From Longimicrobiales bacterium (GTDB taxonomy: Bacteria; Gemmatimonadota; Gemmatimonadetes; Longimicrobiales; Gaopeijiaceae), in the NCBI GenBank assembly GCA_965248195.1, contig CBDFIQ010000002.1, positions 3,200,001-3,264,000 on the forward strand: DNA of 64,000 bases. The letters are read 5' to 3'. The notes beneath the pieces are model-generated. The model made no database searches. It was not told the DNA's origin and saw only the letters and a program-made list of their open reading frames with translations. The translations under genes were made by a program, and so were the position numbers. Numbering within the stretch: position 1 is the stretch's first letter; each line of letters starts with the position of its first letter. Below are positions 30,637-38,139 of the stretch, piece by piece.

Positions 30637-31695
30637 TCATCGCGCTTCGGAGAGCACCTGGTCTAAGCGCTCCTGAACGGCTGTGGCGTCGAGGCTGGCG
30701 TTCATCTTGGTGAAGAGCTTGTTTGCCCGCTCAAAAAACTCTCGCGCGCTCTCGAACTCTCGGGCCTGTGCGTGGGTTTCCCCCAGCTCTCTCGCCGCCT
30801 CCGCGGTCAGGAGTATGTCCTCGCTTTCCTCAGCCAACTTGTGGGATTCGGTCAATGTTTCGGTCGCGATAGAGAATTCGCCCTGAGCTCTCTGGATCAT
30901 TCCGAGGAATTTGAGCCCATCCGCCCTCCGGAGGGGGTCGCCTCTCTCTTCGGCGATCGCCAGCGTACCAGATACGTGAAGCTCGGCGTCGGTCCACTGC
31001 TCCAGTTTGATGTAGACCTCAGCGAGGTTCGACTCCAAGAGTGCCTGTGTGTGGAGATCCTTCTGGTTTCTCGCGATCTCGAGGGCGCGCAGGAAATACT
31101 GCTCCGCCTCCCGGTACTTCTCGAAGTCTGTATGGAGCATCCCCAGGTTGTTGAGGACCCAGGACATCCCTTCCTGGAAGGCGCCTTCTTCGAACTGGCG
31201 TAAGCTGGCCCTGTAACGTACCAGCGCCCCATCCAGGTCGCCCTGGATGTTTGCGAGCACCCCGAGGTTCTGCTCCACCATTCCGGCCAACCGGTGCTCC
31301 CCTGCACGGTTGGCTTGGCGGGCTGCCTGCCGGTAGAGGCCTCGTGCTCCCTCCACGTCCCCCCGGCGTTGTGCGATGATGGCAAGGCAGTTGAGGGCGT
31401 GTGCCTCTCCCGCCTCGTAACCGACCTCGTGAGCCGAGGCACGACTCTCTTGGTAATGGAATTCGGCGGCCGCGGTTTGCCCCAGTTCTCTACGTGTCGT
31501 TCCGAGCCAACGGAGGACGTCCACTCGGAGAGGCGACGGCTCGGAGTCGGGCAGCAGCGAGATGGCCTCCTCGAGCTTGGATAGTGAATCCCGGAGAGCT
31601 CCCTGGGTTTCCGCCTCGCGTCCCTCCCGGGCGAGCTCCCTGGCTTGAGCCTGTCTCCCGTCGCGAGATTCGTTCTTGGGGTCATTCGTGCGCAC
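30637..31695 (-). CDS. Stand-alone cytoplasmic TPR protein
   Basis: About 8 TPR-like repeats (AHALNCLA, QNLGVLANIQGD, VLNNLG, SNLAEVY); no signal peptide. Confidence 0.88.
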   Translation of the reverse strand: MRTNDPKNESRDGRQAQARELAREGREAETQGALRDSLSKLEEAISLLPDSEPSPLRVDVLRWLGTTRRELGQTAAAEFHYQESRASAHEVGYEAGEAHALNCLAIIAQRRGDVEGARGLYRQAARQANRAGEHRLAGMVEQNLGVLANIQGDLDGALVRYRASLRQFEEGAFQEGMSWVLNNLGMLHTDFEKYREAEQYFLRALEIARNQKDLHTQALLESNLAEVYIKLEQWTDAELHVSGTLAIAEERGDPLRRADGLKFLGMIQRAQGEFSIATETLTESHKLAEESEDILLTAEAARELGETHAQAREFESAREFFERANKLFTKMNASLDATAVQERLDQVLSEAR

Positions 31696-31755
31696 TGTCT
31701 TTGATCTCCGGCAAGTGGGGGGGTAGGATGAACGACATGGAGACCACTTTCCCGC

Positions 31756-32406
31756 TCATCCTGAGGCTACTGCATACCCCAAATAGCGCGCAATTCCAAA
31801 GAAGTGTTCGGTCTCAGGGACGACAGCTTCGCCGTCCGTAATCTCAAGGACGACGGTTCCGTCGTCCATATAAATGGGAAGGGTCTTTAAGGGCGTTACT
31901 CCGGACGTGGAATCTCCCTCGAAGTAGACCACGCCGAGGAGCCCCACCAAATAACGTCGCATTTCGTCGCCGTCGAAGATTTCCTCTTCGCCCCACTCCA
32001 ACCATGATCCGGCTAACCTTTCGCGAGCGATGCGGATCTGCACCGGAACGCCGAAGGTCAAACCATGCGCTCCGAATCCGAAGGCCACGACCGAACCCTG
32101 GAGCGCTCGGGCTTCGATCAACACGCTCTCCGAAACTGCCCCCTCCGGAAAGCGGATCTCGACGTCGGTGCCCCAAAGCTGGATTACGCCGCCCGCCGGA
32201 CCGATCACTCGGCGGGCTACGACGTCCTCGGCAACCGGTTCACGCCACTCCAGGGCCCCGAAGCCGGGTGCCGGAGCCCGATCGAAGAAGTCCGCCGCCG
32301 ACCTCCCGGGGGAGGGGTCGACCGCCGTAGGCAGATCGGTACACGCGAACAGCGCTAGTACGAGTGTCACGGAGGCCAGGGACCAAACGTTCCTCAACAA
32401 TTGCAT
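31756..32406 (-). CDS. Lipoprotein with ZU5-like domain
   Basis: ATG 32406 after AGGAG; lipobox LALFA-C; IGPAGGVI...IRFPEGAV...HGLTFGVPVQIRI pattern; C-terminus EHFFGIARYLGYAVASG. Confidence 0.7.
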   Translation of the reverse strand: MQLLRNVWSLASVTLVLALFACTDLPTAVDPSPGRSAADFFDRAPAPGFGALEWREPVAEDVVARRVIGPAGGVIQLWGTDVEIRFPEGAVSESVLIEARALQGSVVAFGFGAHGLTFGVPVQIRIARERLAGSWLEWGEEEIFDGDEMRRYLVGLLGVVYFEGDSTSGVTPLKTLPIYMDDGTVVLEITDGEAVVPETEHFFGIARYLGYAVASG

Positions 32407-32462
32407 CTTTCCACTCCTGGATTGATCGACGGTTCCGAACTGTACCGGGGGAATACCGCAGA

Positions 32463-32478
32463 TGCAATGTCGATGCCA
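32463..32478 (-). promoter_or_regulatory. Sigma54 (-24/-12) promoter
   Basis: Minus strand TGGCATCGACATTGCA = TGGCA-N6-TTGCA with exact GG-N10-GC spacing, about 57 nt upstream of the lipoprotein ATG. Confidence 0.8.
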
Positions 32479-32494
32479 AAGCGTGGAAACCATG

Positions 32495-32520
32495 TAACAC
32501 GTTGTTGGTCAATCATTTAC
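32495..32520. promoter_or_regulatory. IHF-like binding site(s)
   Basis: GGTCAATCATTTA (+) and CAACAACGTGTTA (-) resemble WATCAANNNNTTR with 2 mismatches each; they lie between the promoter and the enhancer. Confidence 0.4.
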
Positions 32521-32555
32521 GGTCCGATAGAGTCAATGGGGCTCCAGGTCCACTA

Positions 32556-32631
32556 TGTGTCATATTATTACGTTTTGTGACGTAATGCAACAATTATTTA
32601 CGTTATTGCAAAATATGTAATATTATGACAC
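32556..32631. promoter_or_regulatory. AT-rich upstream activator sequence: large imperfect palindrome
   Basis: GTGTCATATTATTAC (32557-32571) versus GTAATATTATGACAC (32617-32631): 14/15 inverted identity; inner TGACGTAA/TTACGTTA pair; TGT-N9-AC(A/G) half-site geometry. Confidence 0.7.
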
Positions 32632-32641
32632 GCACCTTGCA

Positions 32642-33115
32642 CTATTCGGTGCTTGTGAGGCGGACGCCCTCTATGACCACGGGCTCAAGTGGGCGGTCCT
32701 CGGGGCCGGTGGCCGTGCGGCCGATCGTGCGGACGGTCTCTATGCCCTCGATCACCTTGCCGAACACCGCGTGCTTTCCGTCCAGCCACGCCGTGGGGAC
32801 GAGGGTAATGAAGAACTGGGATCCGCCGGAGTTCGGCCCGGAGTTCGCCATCGAAAGCACACCCTCCGAGTCGTGCGTCAGCTCGGCGTGGAACTCATCG
32901 GGAATGGTGTAGCCCGGCCCGCCAGTTCCGTCTCCCTTGGGACAGCCCCCCTGGAGCATGAAGCCCTCGATGACGCGGTGAAAGGCGATTCCGTCGTAGT
33001 AGCCCTTCTCGATCAGGTCGATGAAGTTCTTGGTCGTGACCGGGGCACGGCCCTCGAAGAGCTCGGCCTGGAAGCTGCCGAGGCTGGTTGTGAAGTGGGC
33101 GACTCGGTTTGCCAT
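32642..33115 (-). CDS. Cyclophilin-type peptidyl-prolyl isomerase
   Basis: [40 protein letters not shown]. Confidence 0.95.
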   Translation of the reverse strand: MANRVAHFTTSLGSFQAELFEGRAPVTTKNFIDLIEKGYYDGIAFHRVIEGFMLQGGCPKGDGTGGPGYTIPDEFHAELTHDSEGVLSMANSGPNSGGSQFFITLVPTAWLDGKHAVFGKVIEGIETVRTIGRTATGPEDRPLEPVVIEGVRLTSTE

Positions 33116-33232
33116 GGTAATCCCGTGGGTTGAGGTGTCGGCCGCGGCCGAACGCTCTTCAGCCGTGAATCGGATTATCCCCCAAGAGCCCGATCAAGTC
33201 CAGACCAGTACGGCGCAGGAGCATCCGATGCT

Positions 33233-33448
33233 TCAGCCAGGTGGCGTTTTGGGCCGATTCATCACGAGGCCCGCACCGCAAATAACACAGATCAGCCAGA
33301 TTCGATCTCTCACATAGGGAACATCCTTCCGTGGGGGGACGTCGGTACGATCGAAGCGGCCCCCGCACCGAGGGCAGGACGGATCGCACCCGCCGGTAAG
33401 AGCGGTGCGGATGCGTTCTATTTCATTGGGCCCGAACTGTTCGGCCAT
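33233..33448 (-). CDS. Small Zn-ribbon protein (71 aa)
   Basis: MAEQFGP... CPRCG ... CVICG. Confidence 0.65.
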   Translation of the reverse strand: MAEQFGPNEIERIRTALTGGCDPSCPRCGGRFDRTDVPPRKDVPYVRDRIWLICVICGAGLVMNRPKTPPG

Positions 33449-33647
33449 AGGAACGGAAATTCTCAAGGTTGCTTCGAGCTGACCAAATGACTTTAACTCC
33501 CTGCCCGCCCTCAACACTATGGCTGAGAGGCGGGTCTTCCCAAACAGGCGAGGAGGGTTGGGGAGGGGGCGAAGACGCATCGTTGCTCCTTGGTTGGGCG
33601 CATGCTATCGTGCGACGGGGTCACAACGATCTTGACGCGAGAGGCGA

Positions 33648-33863
33648 GTGGCAAAAGAAGCGATTGAAATCGAGGGATTGGTCAGCGAGGTTCTTCCCAA
33701 CGCCCGATTCCGCGTGGAGTTGGAGAACGGCCACGAGGTCCTGGCGTATCTCTCCGGAAAGATGCGGCAACACTACATTCGCGTGCTCGAGGGAGATCGT
33801 GTGAAGGTGGAGTTGTCGCCCTACGATCTCACTAAAGGCCGCGTAACCTACCGCTACAAGTAG
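33648..33863 (+). CDS. infA: Translation initiation factor IF-1
   Basis: [10 protein letters not shown]...[25 protein letters not shown]...[13 protein letters not shown]. Confidence 0.98.
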   Translation: MAKEAIEIEGLVSEVLPNARFRVELENGHEVLAYLSGKMRQHYIRVLEGDRVKVELSPYDLTKGRVTYRYK

Positions 33864-33877
33864 GCCCCGGGGGGGAT

Positions 33878-34892
33878 TCAGGCTTGGGCGAACTCCCGTA
33901 GCTTAGCCACCTGATGGGGGTGCCCCACCACGATCATCTCATCACCAATGTCGAGCCGGGTATCGGCCGCCGGGTTGAACACGAATTCACGCGTCTCGTC
34001 GAGCTGTTTTCGCACCGCGATGACGATAAGCCCCGTTTCCTGGGGAATGCGAGCGTCGATGAGCGTTCGTCCCGCCAGCCGGGAGTCAGACTCAACAACA
34101 GGATGCTCGAAGCGCAAAGCTAGATCCTCCGACCTGGTCACGATGTCGAGGAAGGAAACCACCTCGGGGCGGAGCAGCAGCGAGGCCATCCTGATCGCGC
34201 CGCTGACATTCGGGCTCACCACGTGGTCGGCCCCAGCTCGGTAGAGCTTCTCCATGCTTCCCTCTTCGAGCGCCCTGGCAACGATCGTGAGATCAGTGTT
34301 GAGGTCCCGTGCCGAGAGACAAACGAAGACGTTGTCGGTATCTGCGCTCAGACACGACAGCAGTCCCCGAGCTTTCAGGATACCGGACTCCCTCAGGTTT
34401 GCGTCCAGCGTGGCGTCTCCAATCACGGTCAAGACCTCGGGATACCGCTCATGGGTCCACTCGAGGCGTTGCGGATCCCGTTCAATCACTACGAAATCCT
34501 GCCCCAGGGCCAACAGCTTTCATCACCTGCTGCCCCATTCGCCCACCCCCACACACGACGATGTGGCCGCCCAGGCGCTCTAACATACGTTCCCTCCAGC
34601 GTCTTTTTCTAACGTCACCAAGGTCGAATTCCACGATGAATGATGTGATCAGCGCGAACCAGACGCCGATTCCCGTGATCCCTGCTGCCACCAGGACCAT
34701 CGTAAAGTCCCGGCCAAGCTCGGACAGTGGGCGGACTTCCTGGAAGCCCACCGCGCTGAGGGTTATCACCGTCATGTATAGGGCTTCCCGCCACGGCCAC
34801 CCCTCGATGGCCACATAACCAACGGCCCCAACGACGGTCAGAGCAACAAGATAGGCGATCGCACCCAAGAATCGGGGGATAAAAACGCGCAT
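33878..34892 (-). pseudogene. Two-TM potassium channel with RCK (TrkA-N/C) domains, frameshifted near 34517
   Basis: ORF 34482..34892 (pore, HIVVCGGGRMG) and ORF 33878..34513 (VVIERD, GDAT, TrkA-C) join across GTGATGAAAGCTGTTG. Confidence 0.8.
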
Positions 34893-34988
34893 CGCTCGAC
34901 GACTTCTCCGGGTGAAGCTGACCTGACCTCAGGGAATCCCTCGTACGGGAAGCTAGGCAGGACGCGGGTTTTCGGCCAATAAAGTTAC

Positions 34989-35017
34989 TTGACGCTTCGC
35001 TGAGCTAGCCTTACCGT
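34989..35017 (+). promoter_or_regulatory. Sigma70-type promoter of the HU gene
   Basis: TTGACG-N17-TACCGT. Confidence 0.6.
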
Positions 35018-35164
35018 TGTCTTGACGGATGCTAGCCGGAACCGCTGCCGTCCGAATACAGTGCGTGAAAGGGCCCGACACGCATGAATCCGGAATGGAG
35101 CTGGAGGAAGGCCGGCAGAGGCCGCGAAGTCAAGAGGCATCACCCCCCTTTTGAGGAGTAACAA

Positions 35165-35446
35165 ATGAACAAATCCGATCTAGTAGACGCCCTTGCCGAC
35201 AGCGCTGGCATGACCAAGGCCGACTCATCTCGGGCCCTGGATGCCCTGTTCGGTTCCCGAGGTGTTATCGCTCGCGCTTTGAGGGCCGAGCAGCGGGTGC
35301 AAATTACTGGCTTTGGCACGTTTGAAGCGAAGCATCGCAAGGCTCGCATGGGCCGGAACCCTCGCACTGGCGCCACGATTCACATAGCGGCGTCGAAGAC
35401 TCCCGGATTCCGGGCAGGTAAGGGCTTCAAGGACGCCATCCAGTAG
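35165..35446 (+). CDS. hup: DNA-binding protein HU
   Basis: MNKSDLV..., VQITGFGTFE, RKARMGRNPRTG, PGFRAGKGFKDA; strong GAGGAG RBS. Confidence 0.96.
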   Translation: MNKSDLVDALADSAGMTKADSSRALDALFGSRGVIARALRAEQRVQITGFGTFEAKHRKARMGRNPRTGATIHIAASKTPGFRAGKGFKDAIQ

Positions 35447-35490
35447 CAACACTGGGTGGGTAGTCCCCATCGGAAAATCGAAGGATCGGA

Positions 35491-35527
35491 TAGAGGCCAC
35501 CCCTTCGGGCGTGGCCTCTTCTTATTT
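35491..35527 (+). terminator. Intrinsic terminator between convergent genes
   Basis: AGAGGCCAC-CCCTTCGGGC-GTGGCCTCT followed by TCTTATTT. Confidence 0.75.
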
Positions 35528-35532
35528 ACTCC

Positions 35533-37113
35533 CTATTTACTCCCTTCTCGGCTGCGCGGGCCGCGATGCGTCCTACTCTCTCCCGACTTGGTTCCGCCCC
35601 CGCGGTCGTAGTCCACTCGTGCGCTTCGGCCACGGATGCTCGAGCCGTTTACGGCCTTGATGATTCTCTCCGCTTCAGACGGACGGACTTCAACCAGGGA
35701 GTATGTGTCGCGTATTTCGATCTTTCCGAACGACGAACCGTCCACCCCCGACTCTCCAGCGAGGGCGCCAAGCAGGTCGCGAGGCTTTACACCCTCCATT
35801 TCGCCGATGCTCACGAAAAGGCGAGTCCATCCGTCGGTTCCCGTCGCTCTTTCGGCGCGGGCCTTGCTGCTCGGGGGCACGGCGGCATCGGCTGGTCGAG
35901 GAATGAGCAGGGCGAGGGCGGCCGCCGCGAGTTCCTGGGGGCTGAACCGTTCCAGCAGAGGCTCCAGGACCAGGTAGAGAGGGGCGAGATCCCCCCGGCT
36001 GGCGGCGTCTTCGAGGCGACCGCGAATTTCACCGATACGGTCCTCGACCACAGACTCGGGTGGGGGTAGGGGGCGGACGCGGTAACCGCTGCGGCGGGCG
36101 GTATCCCTGAAGTGGGGAACTTCGCGGGGAAGGAGCAGCACCGTGGCCTGTCCTCCGGCACTATGGCGTCGGTCCATCGTGTCCACGTCCGCGGGGCAGT
36201 CCAAGCTCACGGTCGCCACGGCGGCGGGAGAGGTGCTCTGGTTGAGAGCTTCTCGGGCCGGCAGGGCGTCCACGGCCAACCAGACCGGCGCCGTTTCATC
36301 GCCCGGGGCGCCCGCCACGAATCCGTGAAGGGTCAGGTAGTCTCCGACGTCGGCCGCTCGGTCTGCCGAGCGGCAGAACAAGAGCACATGGCGAGCGTCG
36401 TCGTCGAGAAGCTCGCACACCAGCGGAGCCAAGGCGTCGACTTTGTCCTCTCCCGTGATGCGAAAGCGTATCTCACCTCGCTCCGGTGGCTTCGCGTCGG
36501 CGCCCTCGACGGCCGGGGCGGGTGGAACGCGGACCGCTTTCGTCACGTTTCTAGCCACGAAAGCCCCCGTTGATTTGGTCACCGGCTGGCTCAGGACAAC
36601 CCGCTGCGCTCCAGCCTTCACATACTCGAACAAGGCGCCCACGGTATCGAGGCCTGAAATCGTCTCGATCGCGCTGGCGCCGTCGACAACCAAGAACTGG
36701 ACCCCCTCTAGAGTGAGACTCGATCCGTCGACCGCCGATTTCACGTCGCTTGGCGTCGCGAAGAGCACATCGCATCGTTCGGGCAACAGCCACGCTCCCC
36801 CCAACGCTCCGACCGAATGGCCCGTGGCGGCCGCAAGGCGTCCCAATGATTCGGCGAGGCCCGTGGCGGCGGCCGCCGTCGGCACGAGAACGAGCGCCCC
36901 GGCCCGTCCGGCTTGGGACTCGGTTCTTTCCAGGATGGCCGTTCCATACGCCAGCAACGTTCCGGCTCCAGGGCCGACGGCCCCGAGGAGATTGTTCCCT
37001 CGCCGGAGTATGGGAATCGCCGTCCGCTGAAACTCGGTGGGTTCCTCGAAGCCCTCCGCCGAAAGGGCCTCGGTCATTTCCTCGGGTAACTGGAGATCGT
37101 CGAATGACTGCAT
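35533..37113 (-). CDS. Degenerate DEAD-box helicase-like protein with C-terminal DbpA RNA-binding domain
   Basis: Start ATG 37113 (MQSFDDLQL...EEPTEFQRTAIP Q-motif), LVPT, C-terminal RLFVSIG...PRDLLGAL...GKIEIRDTYSLVEV; catalytic motifs altered. Confidence 0.8.
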   Translation of the reverse strand: MQSFDDLQLPEEMTEALSAEGFEEPTEFQRTAIPILRRGNNLLGAVGPGAGTLLAYGTAILERTESQAGRAGALVLVPTAAAATGLAESLGRLAAATGHSVGALGGAWLLPERCDVLFATPSDVKSAVDGSSLTLEGVQFLVVDGASAIETISGLDTVGALFEYVKAGAQRVVLSQPVTKSTGAFVARNVTKAVRVPPAPAVEGADAKPPERGEIRFRITGEDKVDALAPLVCELLDDDARHVLLFCRSADRAADVGDYLTLHGFVAGAPGDETAPVWLAVDALPAREALNQSTSPAAVATVSLDCPADVDTMDRRHSAGGQATVLLLPREVPHFRDTARRSGYRVRPLPPPESVVEDRIGEIRGRLEDAASRGDLAPLYLVLEPLLERFSPQELAAAALALLIPRPADAAVPPSSKARAERATGTDGWTRLFVSIGEMEGVKPRDLLGALAGESGVDGSSFGKIEIRDTYSLVEVRPSEAERIIKAVNGSSIRGRSARVDYDRGGGTKSGESRTHRGPRSREGSK

Positions 37114-37415
37114 CACGAGGGGTCCCCGGAACCTCGTCCGCCGGTATCCCCCGGCTCGTAGGGAAGCTCCGCGAGGAACTTCTGAATTTCGTAGTCGAGA
37201 CGCGAGGTCCGGAGCCGGTCGCTGGAGGCCAGGACGTTGGTGTACGGGCCGTGCCGGTGCGCGGCGAGGGTCACCGTGCCTTCCTCCCCCGAAAAGGTCG
37301 CCCCGTGCGACGAACTCTTCGTCCGGGTCAGGCCGATCCACTCGGGAAGCAACTCTTCCGCCTTTGCTAGAATGTCGGCCGGGGAGAGGACAGTTTTTCG
37401 CTGATAGCCTGCCAT
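37113..37415 (-). CDS. Hypothetical protein (100 aa)
   Basis: Coupled ORF between the DsbA-like gene and the helicase-like gene. Confidence 0.65.
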   Translation of the reverse strand: MAGYQRKTVLSPADILAKAEELLPEWIGLTRTKSSSHGATFSGEEGTVTLAAHRHGPYTNVLASSDRLRTSRLDYEIQKFLAELPYEPGDTGGRGSGDPS

Positions 37416-37441
37416 TTGGGTGATCTCCCAACAACTCGCCT

Positions 37442-38029
37442 CTATATGAGTCGTGCTTGCTCCAGGAAGTGTCGAACCTCGCCCATCGAACCGGGACCTT
37501 CAAGGCTCATGTCACCAGACTGGAGGGTCGGCACTCGCTCTACGCCCGCCTCCTCCGCCTCCCGCCGAAGATCAACTACGCGGTCCCGATGTTTATCGAC
37601 GTCGAGTACGGCTTTCGATTCGCTCGCATCGAGCCCGACCTTTTCCGCGACCGCGACCAGGACGTCGATGCGTCCGATGTCCGCACCTTCCCGAAAACGG
37701 GTCGCGAAGATCTCATCGTGCATGGGTGACCCCAGTCCCTTCTCGGCGGCGTGCAGGCGCAGCTCGTGCGCCTTCCGGCTCCAGGGTATGAACGCAGGAC
37801 GAGCCATCCGGATCTCTGCCTTCCGCGCCAAACCTTCCACGGTCTCTCCGTAGGCAGTCCAATCGGGGTCCATTCCGTCGATGAGATCCTGAGGCACCGC
37901 GCGCACTTCGAACGGGTGGACAGTGGCTTCGACTCCATCGGGAAGGAGTTGTCCCAGTTGCCGGTGCATCAGGTACGATCCCGGATCGACATAATCGAAG
38001 TAGAACACAAGCCTGGGCGCATCTTCCAT
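37442..38029 (-). CDS. DsbA/FrnE-like thioredoxin-fold protein lacking cysteines
   Basis: FYFDYVDPGSY, RKAHEL, FREGADIG, GVERVPT. Confidence 0.75.
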   Translation of the reverse strand: MEDAPRLVFYFDYVDPGSYLMHRQLGQLLPDGVEATVHPFEVRAVPQDLIDGMDPDWTAYGETVEGLARKAEIRMARPAFIPWSRKAHELRLHAAEKGLGSPMHDEIFATRFREGADIGRIDVLVAVAEKVGLDASESKAVLDVDKHRDRVVDLRREAEEAGVERVPTLQSGDMSLEGPGSMGEVRHFLEQARLI

Positions 38030-38139
38030 TCGGAGAAGCTGCTCTCCGCCGTCGTCCCGATCAACCTCGCCGGGTCTTCATTAGCGGGGAGCACCCGGCC
38101 TTACTTGATCCGAGTTCGCAGTGATTCGATATTCCCGGC

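Noticed and set aside
35020..35140. SRP RNA, 6S RNA or tRNA
   Set aside because: No SRP helix-8 motif, too short for 6S, no cloverleaf or T-loop.
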